NCBI GenBank assembly: GCA_031425695.1
Contig: JANPJV010000314.1
Location: 2,293 to 66,292, forward strand
Reading direction: 5' to 3'
DNA from: Rhodanobacteraceae bacterium
Lineage (GTDB): Bacteria; Pseudomonadota; Gammaproteobacteria; Xanthomonadales; SZUA-5
Length of the DNA stretch: 64,000 nt
This document shows positions 24,275-33,612 of the stretch, piece by piece. The translations under genes were made by a program, and so were the position numbers. Under the pieces are notes generated by a model. The model saw nothing but the letters and a program-made list of their open reading frames with translations. It ran no database searches and had not been told where the DNA came from. Numbering within the stretch: position 1 is the first letter of the stretch; each line of letters starts with the position of its first letter.

Positions 24275-24756
24275 TCGGATCTCGATTGATTTCTGCAGGT
24301 GGCGCAAAACTGACCGCATGGCTTCTGGTCGCCTGCGTCGTGCTGCTTGTGCTGTTGGGCGTCTCGGCCTGGTTGCACTGGGTGCAGATCGAGAGCAAGT
24401 CGGCCGCAGTCTCCGATCTCAGCGGGCAGCTCGCCGCGGCGAAAGCAAAGGGCGACGCGGATCTCCAGGCGTGCACCGACACGAGCCAGCGCAACGCCAG
24501 CAACGTTCTGCTGCTGGCCGAGAAATTGACCGCCTGCCGCGGCAAGAACCAAGACATGAACGGCGCGCTCGCGCTCGCCAACCGCAAGCGCTCGCGCGCC
24601 CAGGCGGAGGCCGAGGGCGAGCGTGCAATGCGGGCCGAAATCATCCGAGGGATCTATGAAACGAATGCCGATTGCCGTGCGTGGGCTGCTGGTGCTGTGT
24701 GCCGCGCTCGCTCTGACGAGCTGCTCAACGGAGCAAAAGCGCCCCCCGCTAAGTGA
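24271..24756 (+). CDS. i-spanin (Rz-like)
   Basis: 161 aa from GTG 24271 (GGAGG upstream). N-terminal TM LTAWLLVACVVLLVLLGVSAW, a coiled-coil periplasmic domain, and the C-terminal DCRAWAAGAV. Confidence 0.7.
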   Translation: MIGSRLISAGGAKLTAWLLVACVVLLVLLGVSAWLHWVQIESKSAAVSDLSGQLAAAKAKGDADLQACTDTSQRNASNVLLLAEKLTACRGKNQDMNGALALANRKRSRAQAEAEGERAMRAEIIRGIYETNADCRAWAAGAVCRARSDELLNGAKAPPAK

Positions 24757-25006
24757 GCCGCAGTTTGTCGAGGTTCCCGGACCGACGCGGTTCGTTGCGG
24801 TCCCGGAAAACCTGACGGCACCGACGCCGGCGCCGAACGTGCCGATGCCGCTGTGCGTCGATGCGGAAGGCTTCCCGGTGCTCTGCAACCGGCAGCTGGA
24901 TGAGCTGCGCGAGTCCTACGCCTTCGTGCTGAAGATGTGCAACGACGACAAGGCCGCAATCGCCACGCTACCGCTGAAACCCGAGGACGGAAGTGGACAG
25001 GATTGA
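24656..25006 (+). CDS. o-spanin lipoprotein (Rz1-like), overlapping the Rz 3' end
   Basis: 116 aa from ATG 24656 (GAGGGA upstream). Signal peptide plus lipobox in MKRMPIAVRGLLVLCAALALTSC. Pro-rich mature part. Starts 100 nt inside the Rz gene in another frame. Confidence 0.7.
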   Translation: MKRMPIAVRGLLVLCAALALTSCSTEQKRPPLSEPQFVEVPGPTRFVAVPENLTAPTPAPNVPMPLCVDAEGFPVLCNRQLDELRESYAFVLKMCNDDKAAIATLPLKPEDGSGQD

Positions 25007-25202
25007 CCGCGCCGAGCAGCTCGAACAGATCGCACGCGACGCCGGCATTGCCGGCGTCCGCGCAGCTGCGGCTGCTCAACAGGTGCCAAGCGGGCGCACG
25101 CACTGCGACCGCTGCGACGAGACCATTCCGGTGATGCGCCTGGTGTTCGTGCCCGCGGCCCGGCATTGCGCTTTCTGTGCGTCGCGGTTGGGCGTGTCGT
25201 GA
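24993..25202 (+). CDS. TraR/DksA-family C4 zinc-finger protein
   Basis: 69 aa with CDRCDETIP...CAFCASR. Confidence 0.7.
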   Translation: MDRIDRAEQLEQIARDAGIAGVRAAAAAQQVPSGRTHCDRCDETIPVMRLVFVPAARHCAFCASRLGVS

Positions 25203-25594
25203 GCCAGCTCACCCAGTCCGCCCGCCTCGACCGCGGCCTCTACCAAGGTGCGAGTTGGGATCTTTGCCTGCGCGTGTACAACGCCGCGGCGCCGTTGGGC
25301 GACGGCTTGCCGCGCAGTGCGGTCGGCCTGGTCGTCAAGTGCCAGATCCGCGCGGAAGAACGCGAAGACGCGACGCTGCTCGCGAGCATGAGCACCAGCG
25401 ACGGCCGAATAACGACTGACGCCGACGGCTACGTTCGCATCCGACTGCCGGCAAGCGTTACCGCGACCATGCCGTTCTTGGGTCGGCCTCGGACCTGGTT
25501 CTACGACGTGCGCATTGCCGAGGCAGGCGACACTGAGCCCGTTCGCTATTGGCTCCACGGCGCGGTCAACGCGCAACCGCGGGTGACCTCATGA
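25199..25594 (+). CDS. hypothetical structural protein preceding the tail fibre
   Basis: 131 aa from GTG 25199 (GTGA overlap) and an ATGA overlap with the tail-fibre gene. Confidence 0.55.
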   Translation: MSQLTQSARLDRGLYQGASWDLCLRVYNAAAPLGDGLPRSAVGLVVKCQIRAEEREDATLLASMSTSDGRITTDADGYVRIRLPASVTATMPFLGRPRTWFYDVRIAEAGDTEPVRYWLHGAVNAQPRVTS

Positions 25595-27063
25595 GCGGAA
25601 TTGAAGTCCAGGTCGTTGACCAGGTGGTTCAGGTCTACGAGGGCATGGGTCCCGACGGTCCGCCAGGCCAGGGGTTGCCATCGGGCGGCACAACCGGGCA
25701 GCAGCCGCGCAAGGCCTCGAACATGGACTACGACGTCGAGTGGGTTGATCCGCCTGCCGGATCGGGCGACGTGGTGGGGCCAGCAGTCTCGGTCGATGAC
25801 CGTCTCGCAGGCTTCAACGGCACGACTGGGAAGCTGCTCCGGCAAGGCACGAAAACGCTTGCCCAGGTGGCCACCCATCTGGACAGCACGGCGAATCCGC
25901 ACGGAACCACGGCGGTACAGGTCGGGGCGGATCCAACGGGTACCGCGGCGGCGGCGGTAGCTGCACATGCTGGCGCGGCCGATCCACATGCTGACCGCGC
26001 GTTTGCCACCGCTGCGGTTGCGGCGCATGCGGGCGCAGTGGATCCACACGCCGACCGTGCTTTTGCCACAGCTGCCGTTGCCGCACATGCGGCAGCAGCT
26101 GGTGCGCATGAGATGGCGGGCGTAAACGGTTTGGCCGCGGCGCTCGCGCTACTGGCGCCGCTGCTTTCTCCAGCGTTGACGGGCAATCCGACGGCGCCAA
26201 CGCAGTCGGCCGGCAACTCCAGTACGCGGCTCGCAACGACGGCTTTTGTGGCGCAGGCGCTTGCAGACTTGATCGGCAGCGTGCCTGGCACGCTGGACAC
26301 GTTGGACGAGCTCGCCGCGGCGCTCGGTGATGACCCGAACTTTGCAGCAACGATTGCGGCGTCTATCGCGACCAAGCTGGCCAAAGCATCCAATCTCAGC
26401 GATCTGACTGACGCCGCGGCGGCGCTCACCAACCTCGGGGGCAGCACGCTCGGGAAAGCCATTTTCGCGGTTGCCAGCGCAGCCGCAGCTCGCACGCTCC
26501 TGCAGCTTGGTGGAGCTGCGCTGCTTGCGGTTGGCACCACAGCCGGGACTGTCGCGGCGGGCGACGATGCGCGCATCACAGGCGCGGTGCCGAGCACGCG
26601 CACGGTTGCAGGCGCAGGCCTGGTAACTGGGGGCGGCGACCTCTCGGCCAATCGCACCCTCACGGTTGGAGCCGCGTCGGCCGCAGATGTCAACACCGGC
26701 ACGAGTGCTGCGGTGGCAATGACTCCGGCGAGCTACAAGGATTCCACTCCGTTCTACGTCGATGTCGCGGCCGACAAGACCCTCCAAATCGCGGATGCGA
26801 ACGTCAACCAGCGCGTGAACAGCGCGAGCGCCATCGTGCTGACTCTGGCGCTGAACGCGACCGTCGCTTACCCGGCGCGATGCGTTTTCCCCGGGAAACG
26901 ATCGGGCGCGGGCACTGTGACCATCGACGCCGTCGCGGGGGTCACGCTCAACGGTGTGAACGGCGGAAGCTGCACCGTCAACACGCGCTATCAGGGCTTC
27001 CTGATCGAGAACGTGGGTGTGGATGCGTTCGAGATCTCCGGCGACGTGAGTGCGGTCGCATGA
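25591..27063 (+). CDS. tail fibre protein
   Basis: 490 aa from ATG 25591. Gly/Ala/Thr-rich, with 20-aa tandem repeats AVAAHAGA(A/V)DPHADRAFATA, an NPHG/DPH motif and TRLATTAFV, all typical of phage fibres. Confidence 0.75.
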   Translation: MSGIEVQVVDQVVQVYEGMGPDGPPGQGLPSGGTTGQQPRKASNMDYDVEWVDPPAGSGDVVGPAVSVDDRLAGFNGTTGKLLRQGTKTLAQVATHLDSTANPHGTTAVQVGADPTGTAAAAVAAHAGAADPHADRAFATAAVAAHAGAVDPHADRAFATAAVAAHAAAAGAHEMAGVNGLAAALALLAPLLSPALTGNPTAPTQSAGNSSTRLATTAFVAQALADLIGSVPGTLDTLDELAAALGDDPNFAATIAASIATKLAKASNLSDLTDAAAALTNLGGSTLGKAIFAVASAAAARTLLQLGGAALLAVGTTAGTVAAGDDARITGAVPSTRTVAGAGLVTGGGDLSANRTLTVGAASAADVNTGTSAAVAMTPASYKDSTPFYVDVAADKTLQIADANVNQRVNSASAIVLTLALNATVAYPARCVFPGKRSGAGTVTIDAVAGVTLNGVNGGSCTVNTRYQGFLIENVGVDAFEISGDVSAVA

Positions 27064-27872
27064 CGGTCGTTCGGATTCCGCGGTATCGGACGGCGCGGCG
27101 TTCTGCTGCGGTCGCGTTCACGGGGGCGCTGGACAGCTACACCACCAGCCTTTGGTTCGTGTATTCGACGCGCCTGCTGCTCTCTGCATATTTCGGCAAT
27201 CCGCTGCTGCGCGTCCGCCGCTCATCCGATGACGCGGAATTGAATATCGGGCACGCCAGCAATGGAGCGCTAGACACCGCAGCCCTGCTCGCATTCGCCG
27301 GAGCAGGCTCCGCGTACGTAAAGACCTTCTACGACCAGAATGGCTCGCGCAATGTCACGATTGGCACGAACGGCGCGCAGCCGCGGATCGTTAATTCGGG
27401 TGCAGTCGAGTTGATCGCAACCGGCATTCCCGGTGTGAAGTTTGACGGCTCGGACGATGGCTGGATGCAGACCGATCAGCCCAGCACAGCGACCGTTATC
27501 GCGACCATCAAGACATCCGACAGCGTCGGGACAATGCTGCATGCGGGTCCGCCGTACTACAGCTATGCCGGGCTATGGAATAGCGGCGACGGCAGCGGAA
27601 CTTCAGATTCGACCATATCGGTGCAGGCAGTAAATGGCACGGCGGTAGCTAACACCCGCGCGGCGTTGCATACCGTCGTCGCAACTGGTGTCCCGGTTCT
27701 TTACTACCTCGAAGTAAACACCGGTGGATGGACCGAGATTGGCTTCGGAGCCTATTCCGGCGCGTACAACGTCGACGGGACTGTGCGGGATTTCATTGTC
27801 TATTCGGCCGACATGAGCGCGAGCCAGGCCGGCATTGAAGCTGCGATCAACAACGGTGGGTGGATTTACTGA
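27060..27872 (+). CDS. tail-fibre-associated protein with ConA/LamG-like (arabinofuranosidase-B-like) signature
   Basis: 270 aa from ATG 27060 (ATGA overlap). LLRVRRSSDDAELNIG...YVKTFYDQNGSRNV resembles lectin-fold receptor-binding modules. Confidence 0.6.
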   Translation: MTVVRIPRYRTARRSAAVAFTGALDSYTTSLWFVYSTRLLLSAYFGNPLLRVRRSSDDAELNIGHASNGALDTAALLAFAGAGSAYVKTFYDQNGSRNVTIGTNGAQPRIVNSGAVELIATGIPGVKFDGSDDGWMQTDQPSTATVIATIKTSDSVGTMLHAGPPYYSYAGLWNSGDGSGTSDSTISVQAVNGTAVANTRAALHTVVATGVPVLYYLEVNTGGWTEIGFGAYSGAYNVDGTVRDFIVYSADMSASQAGIEAAINNGGWIY

Positions 27873-28387
27873 TGAATCCCGCACGCGAAATAAATGGCGT
27901 GATCGTTGCCTACCCGTATCTGCTCCGGCCCGATGCGAAGCAGGCGCATCCCGAAGTCAGTCCGCTGCCTGGCACGTGGGAACGGTGCTCGATCGATCAG
28001 CTCGTGGCGCTTGAGTGCGTCGACGTGCAGATGGTTGCGAGGCCGGCTCTGCGACCTGGTGATTCAGTTTCCGAAGGCGAGCCCGAGTTTGCCGCTGGCA
28101 TTTGGCGCCAGACCTGGATTGTGATTCCGGCCGGGGCTCCGTCTGCGCCTCCGGCCGTCGAGAGCCACAAATGCCGAATCGAGCTGATCGTTCGCGGTGA
28201 GTGGCAGCGCGTGCTGGCGATCGTCGCCGCGATGCCCGAGCCGCACCGCGCAATCGCAACTGAGGCCCTCGGCGCGCCCTACTACAACCGCAACAGTCCA
28301 ATGCTCGCCGCGCTTTCGCAGGGCATGGGCTGGAGCGCGGCCGATATCGACGAGCGCTTCGCCGCCGCTGCGGCCCGAATTGTTTAA
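27872..28387 (+). CDS. hypothetical protein (tail-fibre assembly candidate)
   Basis: 171 aa from ATG 27872, overlapping the upstream stop. Confidence 0.55.
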   Translation: MNPAREINGVIVAYPYLLRPDAKQAHPEVSPLPGTWERCSIDQLVALECVDVQMVARPALRPGDSVSEGEPEFAAGIWRQTWIVIPAGAPSAPPAVESHKCRIELIVRGEWQRVLAIVAAMPEPHRAIATEALGAPYYNRNSPMLAALSQGMGWSAADIDERFAAAAARIV

Positions 28388-28395
28388 GGACTGAC

Positions 28396-28668
28396 ATGTT
28401 TGGTAATCCTCCAGATTTCGGGCCGATCGTGATCGCGGTGCTCATGTTGGCGCAGCTGATCAACTGGGCCTTGTGCGCCTGGCTTTGGGCGCGCGTAACC
28501 GGCATGCCGACGCACGCGGACCTGCACGGGCTACGCGTGGACATCAGGGCGGCAACCAGCCAGGTGGGTGAGCTTGCGACGAAGCTCGCCGGGCTCGATG
28601 CCACGGCCGAGCAAACCCTCGAATCAGTTCGAGTCATCCAGAGTTATCTGATGGAGCGTGAGCGATGA
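28396..28668 (+). CDS. DUF2730-like small membrane/coiled-coil protein (Mu late-region type)
   Basis: 90 aa with the N-terminal TM IVIAVLMLAQLINWALCAWLW followed by a coiled coil. Its position before the gp26/gp27-like genes matches Mu-like phages. Confidence 0.55.
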   Translation: MFGNPPDFGPIVIAVLMLAQLINWALCAWLWARVTGMPTHADLHGLRVDIRAATSQVGELATKLAGLDATAEQTLESVRVIQSYLMERER

Positions 28669-28961
28669 GCTTCGATGCGCATCTACGCGAGCACCGGCGC
28701 CTGGTAATCCTTCGCTGTCTGGCCGAGATCGCCAGCGGCCAAGCGAACACGTCGGTCCTGTACGACGGCGCCAACTGCTATGGCGTCTCGTCGACTCGCG
28801 ATGACATCCGCACCGATGTCGCCTGGCTTGCGGAGCAAGGCCTGGTGCGCACCGAGACGCTCGTCGGCGCACTGCTGCTGGTCACCATCACCGAGCGCGG
28901 GCAGGACATCGCTGAAGGCCGCGCGATCGCGCCAGGCGTGCGCCGGCCGAGCCCGCGCTGA
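28665..28961 (+). CDS. winged-helix protein (Mu gp26-like position)
   Basis: 98 aa: RRLVILRCLAEIASGQANTSVLYDG...WLAEQGLVRTE...ITERGQDIAEGRAIAPGVRRP. Confidence 0.55.
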   Translation: MSFDAHLREHRRLVILRCLAEIASGQANTSVLYDGANCYGVSSTRDDIRTDVAWLAEQGLVRTETLVGALLLVTITERGQDIAEGRAIAPGVRRPSPR

Positions 28962-29518
28962 TGGGCCGCCGTAGCAAGGTCAAGGACGCCCCTGATTCGA
29001 TCCGAAGTGAGATCGAGAAGATGCTGCGCGCGGACAAGTTCAGCCTTGAGGAAATGCGGGAGCTGCTTATCCAGCAATTCCCAGACTTGGCAGACAAAAT
29101 CCCGACGCGCAGCTCGCTCGGCCGATATCGCCAGTCGATGGGCCAGATGCTGGGCCGCATGCGCGATATCGACGCCGCTGCGCGTGTGGTGGTCGCTGAG
29201 CTTGGCGAAAACCCGGACGAGCGCGCGGGTGCACTGCTCACGCAGACGATCACCGCCCTCGCCACCCACGCGGCGCTCAAGGCCGGCGAGAAGGAGGACG
29301 GCGCGTCCATCGGCGAGGTCAAGGAACTGGCTCGCGCGGCGAAGAACGTCATGGACGCGCGGCGCGTCGGGCTCAAGGAACGGCAGGAAATCCGCGAGGA
29401 AGCGCGCAAGCAATTGGTGCGCGAGCAGCAGGAGAAGCTCGGCGACCTGGTCAAGCGGGGCACGATCCCAGCCGAGGCGATCGCCATCATCCAGCGCGAC
29501 GTCTACGGCTTGGTATGA
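28961..29518 (+). CDS. terminase small subunit (Mu gp27-like, DUF3486)
   Basis: 185 aa. MGRRSKVKDAPDSIRSEIEKMLRADKFSLEEMRELL...SSLGRYRQS matches the gp27/DUF3486 pattern. Confidence 0.7.
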   Translation: MGRRSKVKDAPDSIRSEIEKMLRADKFSLEEMRELLIQQFPDLADKIPTRSSLGRYRQSMGQMLGRMRDIDAAARVVVAELGENPDERAGALLTQTITALATHAALKAGEKEDGASIGEVKELARAAKNVMDARRVGLKERQEIREEARKQLVREQQEKLGDLVKRGTIPAEAIAIIQRDVYGLV

Positions 29519-31020
29519 ACGAGCCGGCCGTCAAGCTGTACGCAAGCCAGCGCCGCTACGTGCAGGACCGCTCGCGGTTCAAGGCGTGCATGCAGGCGCG
29601 GCAAACCGGGAAGACGTTTGGCTCCACGCTGGAGATCGTCAACCAGGTGCTTGAGCAGGAGTCAGGCGGCGGCCGGCAGAGGTGGGTGATCCTTTCCCGC
29701 GGCGAGCGCCAAGCCAAAGAGGCGATGGGCGAAGGCATCAAGCGCCACTTCCATGCCTACGGCGCCGCATTCGATTCTCTCGAGGTTCCTTGGGAAGGAG
29801 CCAAGGAAGCGGCCCTTGAGGTGCGGCTGCCGAACGGCAGCTGCATCACGGGCGTCCCTGCCAATCCCGACACCGCTCGCGGCTTCACCGCGAATGTGCT
29901 GCTCGACGAGTTTGGTTTCCACGCAGATAGCAAGAAGATCTGGGCGGCACTGTTCCCGGTGATCTCCCGCCCCGATCTCAGCTTGCGCGTGATCAGTACG
30001 CCGAACGGCAAGGCCAACAAGTTTTACGAGCTGATCAGCCAGGCTAACGACGCCGACCTGCGCCGCGAAGGGCACATCCAAGCCGGGGTGTGGTCGCTGC
30101 ACTTCTGCGACATCTATCGCGCCGTGCGCGAAGGTCTGCCGCGCAACATCGAAGAGCTGCGCCAGGGCCTCAACGACGCCGATATCTGGGCGCAGGAGTT
30201 CGAACTTCAGTGGCTGGACGAGGCCTCGGCTTGGCTCTCGTTCGAGCTGATCAACACCTGCGAGGCTGACTACGCCGGTGACCCGTCGCTCTACCAGGGC
30301 GGACCTGTGTATGTGGGCAACGACATCGCAGCGGTGCGGGACCTGTTCGTGCTCTATGTCGTCGAGGATGTCGGCGGCGAGCTCATCACGCGGGAGATCA
30401 TCACCGCGCGTCGCAAGTCCTTTGCCGAGCAAGACGAGCTGCTCGACGGGGTCATGAATCGCTACGACGTGCGCGGGCTGTGGATGGACAAGACCGGCAT
30501 GGGCATGAAGCCCGTCGAAGACGCCACTCGCCGGTACGGCGAGCACCGCGTCCACGGGGTGATGTTTACGCCTGCCAGCAAGCAGGAGCTGGCAACGAAG
30601 GGCAAGCAGGCGTTCGAGGATCGCCGCATCAAGATCCCGATGGGCGACCAGGCGCTACGCAGCGATCTCCACAAGCTCAAGCGCGAAGTCAGCGCGACCG
30701 GCATGCCGAGGTTTGTCGCCGAGCGGGATTCGACCGGACACGCCGACCGCGCCTGGGCGTGCTTCCTCGCGATCAGCGCGGCATCTGCTCCCTTTCTTGC
30801 GCCGGCCGGGGAGACCGTCGACCCGACGCCCGAGACGATGCGCCCGGTTCATGGCCGGCCAACCTCGGGCGGGATGTTCGGAAGGCTCAAGGATCGGTTG
30901 CTCGGCCGGACGCGTACGCGCCACCAGGAGCGCCCAGGCGGCGAGCCCGCGGCAACCCCATCAGAAAATTCGCAAAACGGCGGGGAGCCCATTCCGGAAC
31001 GCTCCCGAGGGGAGGTTTGA
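29515..31020 (+). CDS. terminase large subunit (Mu gp28-like)
   Basis: 501 aa with a Walker A-like ARQTGKTFG, an ATPase domain followed by a nuclease domain, and its position before the portal gene. Confidence 0.85.
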   Translation: MNEPAVKLYASQRRYVQDRSRFKACMQARQTGKTFGSTLEIVNQVLEQESGGGRQRWVILSRGERQAKEAMGEGIKRHFHAYGAAFDSLEVPWEGAKEAALEVRLPNGSCITGVPANPDTARGFTANVLLDEFGFHADSKKIWAALFPVISRPDLSLRVISTPNGKANKFYELISQANDADLRREGHIQAGVWSLHFCDIYRAVREGLPRNIEELRQGLNDADIWAQEFELQWLDEASAWLSFELINTCEADYAGDPSLYQGGPVYVGNDIAAVRDLFVLYVVEDVGGELITREIITARRKSFAEQDELLDGVMNRYDVRGLWMDKTGMGMKPVEDATRRYGEHRVHGVMFTPASKQELATKGKQAFEDRRIKIPMGDQALRSDLHKLKREVSATGMPRFVAERDSTGHADRAWACFLAISAASAPFLAPAGETVDPTPETMRPVHGRPTSGGMFGRLKDRLLGRTRTRHQERPGGEPAATPSENSQNGGEPIPERSRGEV

Positions 31021-32465
31021 TGGGTATTTTCAGCGCAGTTGCCGGTTGGATGTTCGGGTCGGGCCGATTCGTAGAATCTGCGGGCGAAACGATCGACGCC
31101 GATGATGATCAGTGGCGCCGCCTGAGCGGCGACGCGAACCGCGACCTCGCGCCAATGACCCAGAGCCGGATGCAGAAGCTGGCGGCCCACCTCTGGGAAC
31201 GCAACGGCCTGGCGAATCGGCTGATCGAGCTGCCGATCGCCTACATGCTCGGCAAGGGTTGCCGCGTCGTGGTCGAGGACGAGGAGTCGCAGAAGGCCCT
31301 CGACCGGCACTGGGCGGACGGGCTTAACAGTTGGAACCTGAAACTCCCGAAGCGAGCGCGTGAGCTCGCGATCTTCGGCGAGCAGTGCTGGATCGCATTT
31401 CGCAATCCGGTGAGCGGGTTCGTGCGCTTCGGCTATCTCGACCCGTCGCTGATCGACGACGTCATCACCGACCCCGACAACATCGAGCAGCCGATCGGCA
31501 TTCGCACGGTTGCCGACAGCAAAGGCAACAAGAAGACGTACCGCACGTTGGTCAACGTGAGCGAAGCAGCGTTCGGTCGGGTCGCGCGGGCGATGCGCGC
31601 GCAGATGGTCGACGGCGACTGCCTTTTCTTCCGCGTGAATGATCTTTCCGCAGGGCGAAGAGGCCGGTCCGATCTGTTGCCCCTGATCGACTGGCTGGAT
31701 GCCTACGACGAGTTCCTCTACGGCGAGCTGGACCGGGCCGACCACCTCCGCAACTACGTCTGGGACGTCACCCTCAAAGGCGCGGACGCGACAGCAGTGA
31801 GAACGCGCGCCAAGGAGATCCAGGCGCCGGCGCCGAACTCGGTCCGCGTCCACAACGACTCCGAGACCTGGGCGGCGGTGAGCCCGGCGCTTTCGGCCTA
31901 CGAGGCGGCGGCCGGTTCGCGCCTTTTCCGCAATCACATCCTGGGTGCGCGCTCGATCCCGCCCACCTGGTTCGCTGACGGTGAGGACGCGAACAAGAGC
32001 AACAGCCAGGGCATGGCCGAACCGACCGAGCGCGTGCTCGAACAGCGCCAGGGCTATCTCGGGTACATCCTCGCCGAGACCATGCGCTACGTGCTGCGCT
32101 CGGGCTGGAGCGCGCTCGATCGCGAGGTCACTGAAGCCGAGCAGAAGATCCTGGACTCGGTGCGCGTCGACTGGCCGCCACTGACGGCGAAGGACACGAC
32201 CAAGTACGCGTCGGCGTTCGCGCAGGTCGTAGCGGCCGGTGTCCAGGCGATCAACGAGGGGCTGTTCACGCGCGAAACCGTGACCGCGATGCTCGCCTCC
32301 CTGGCCGCGCAGCTGGGCGTTGAGGTCGACGTCGAGCACGAGCTCGAGGAAGCGCAGAAGCAGCAGTCCACGGGCGGCGGCGACCCGGCGCAGTTCGCGC
32401 CTGCCGTTATCGACGATCCCAAAGAGAACGCCCAGGCCGCGGCGGACGCCCGCGTTGAAGCCTGA
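31020..32465 (+). CDS. portal protein (Mu gp29-like, DUF935)
   Basis: 481 aa from ATG 31020 (overlaps the TerL stop), inside track ORF 30480..32465. Confidence 0.85.
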   Translation: MGIFSAVAGWMFGSGRFVESAGETIDADDDQWRRLSGDANRDLAPMTQSRMQKLAAHLWERNGLANRLIELPIAYMLGKGCRVVVEDEESQKALDRHWADGLNSWNLKLPKRARELAIFGEQCWIAFRNPVSGFVRFGYLDPSLIDDVITDPDNIEQPIGIRTVADSKGNKKTYRTLVNVSEAAFGRVARAMRAQMVDGDCLFFRVNDLSAGRRGRSDLLPLIDWLDAYDEFLYGELDRADHLRNYVWDVTLKGADATAVRTRAKEIQAPAPNSVRVHNDSETWAAVSPALSAYEAAAGSRLFRNHILGARSIPPTWFADGEDANKSNSQGMAEPTERVLEQRQGYLGYILAETMRYVLRSGWSALDREVTEAEQKILDSVRVDWPPLTAKDTTKYASAFAQVVAAGVQAINEGLFTRETVTAMLASLAAQLGVEVDVEHELEEAQKQQSTGGGDPAQFAPAVIDDPKENAQAAADARVEA

Positions 32466-32480
32466 ACCACGGAGCCAGCC

Positions 32481-32654
32481 ATGCCACGCAAGGCAAAAGA
32501 GTCGAGCGCGACGTTCAAGCGCACCAGGGACGGGTTCCGGATCGTGATGCGCGGTCAGCTCGCCAACGACTTCTTCCGGTGTCTGCTCAAGCACGCGGAG
32601 CCACCGCCAGGCGCTGCGCCCGCGGCACCAGTTGCGCCCGCAACGCCGGAATGA
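32481..32654 (+). CDS. hypothetical 57-aa protein
   Basis: Below the track size cutoff. GGAG 7 nt upstream. MPRKAKESSATFKRTRDGFRIVMRGQLANDFFRCLLKHAEPPPGAAPAAPVAPATPE. Exactly fills the portal-F gap. Confidence 0.45.
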   Translation: MPRKAKESSATFKRTRDGFRIVMRGQLANDFFRCLLKHAEPPPGAAPAAPVAPATPE

Positions 32655-32657
32655 CCG

Positions 32658-33593
32658 ATGACGCCGCTGGAAGCTTATCGCGCGGAATTGCGCCGGCAGC
32701 TGGCGGCCCTGCCGCGCCTGCAGCGCAAGACGATCGAGAGCGTCGTCGCCGAGCTGCAGCTCGCACGTACCTCGATCCTCGCTGAGCTGGCGGCTGATCT
32801 GAGTGATTCGCGCCGGGCATCGCGCACGCGGATGCTGGCCGAGGTGGAGCGGCAACTCTCGGCCTGGTCGAGGGCCGCGGGCGAGATCGGCAGCGCCGCG
32901 GCGAGCACGAGCTGGACGGCGGGGATGGAATTGGTGCGTGCACCAATCGCTGCCGCAGGCCTCGGTGTATCGGTCGGGAACCGTATCAATCCTCGCGCGC
33001 TAGCCAGCGTGCAGCAGGTGTTGACGAACCTGATCTCCGATGCGAGCAGGAGCGCGATCGCGCGCATCAACAGCGTGATCACCCAGACGCTGATCGGCAC
33101 CACGGCCCAGGCCGATGCGATCAGCCAGGTGTCGGCGATCCTTGATGCGCCGCGCAGACGGGCGCAGACGATCATCTTCACCGAGGTCGGCCGTGCTCAC
33201 GCGATGGCATCCCACGCCGCGCTGGTCGAAGCGGCTGCCCAGATCCCAGGACTGCGCAAGCGCTGGGTTAAGAGCGGGAAGATCCACCCGCGCCGCGATC
33301 ACGTCGCCGCGCACAACCAGGTGCAACTGGCCGCCGAGCCGTTCCTCGTCGCGGGCGAGCGGCTCATGCATCCGCGAGATCCGAACGGTAGTGCGAGCAA
33401 CACAATCAACTGCGGCTGCATGTCGGTGCCGCTGGTCGACGGCTCGACGCTGGGCGCCAGCACCGTGCGCATCGACCGCCGCACCGGCGAGATGACGCTG
33501 GAACGCCGGCCAGGCCTGACGCCGGCCGAGGAAGCACTTGGAATCACTCTCGACCAGGTCGCGCAAGCGGGCCTGATCGTTGTCCGCGGGTAA
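32658..33593 (+). CDS. head morphogenesis protein (Mu F/gp30, SPP1 gp7 family)
   Basis: 311 aa. RRAQTIIFTEVGRAHAMAS...HPRRDHVAAHNQV...NCGCMSVP is typical of the family. Confidence 0.8.
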   Translation: MTPLEAYRAELRRQLAALPRLQRKTIESVVAELQLARTSILAELAADLSDSRRASRTRMLAEVERQLSAWSRAAGEIGSAAASTSWTAGMELVRAPIAAAGLGVSVGNRINPRALASVQQVLTNLISDASRSAIARINSVITQTLIGTTAQADAISQVSAILDAPRRRAQTIIFTEVGRAHAMASHAALVEAAAQIPGLRKRWVKSGKIHPRRDHVAAHNQVQLAAEPFLVAGERLMHPRDPNGSASNTINCGCMSVPLVDGSTLGASTVRIDRRTGEMTLERRPGLTPAEEALGITLDQVAQAGLIVVRG

Positions 33594-33612
33594 TTCAACA
33601 GGAGACGCAACG

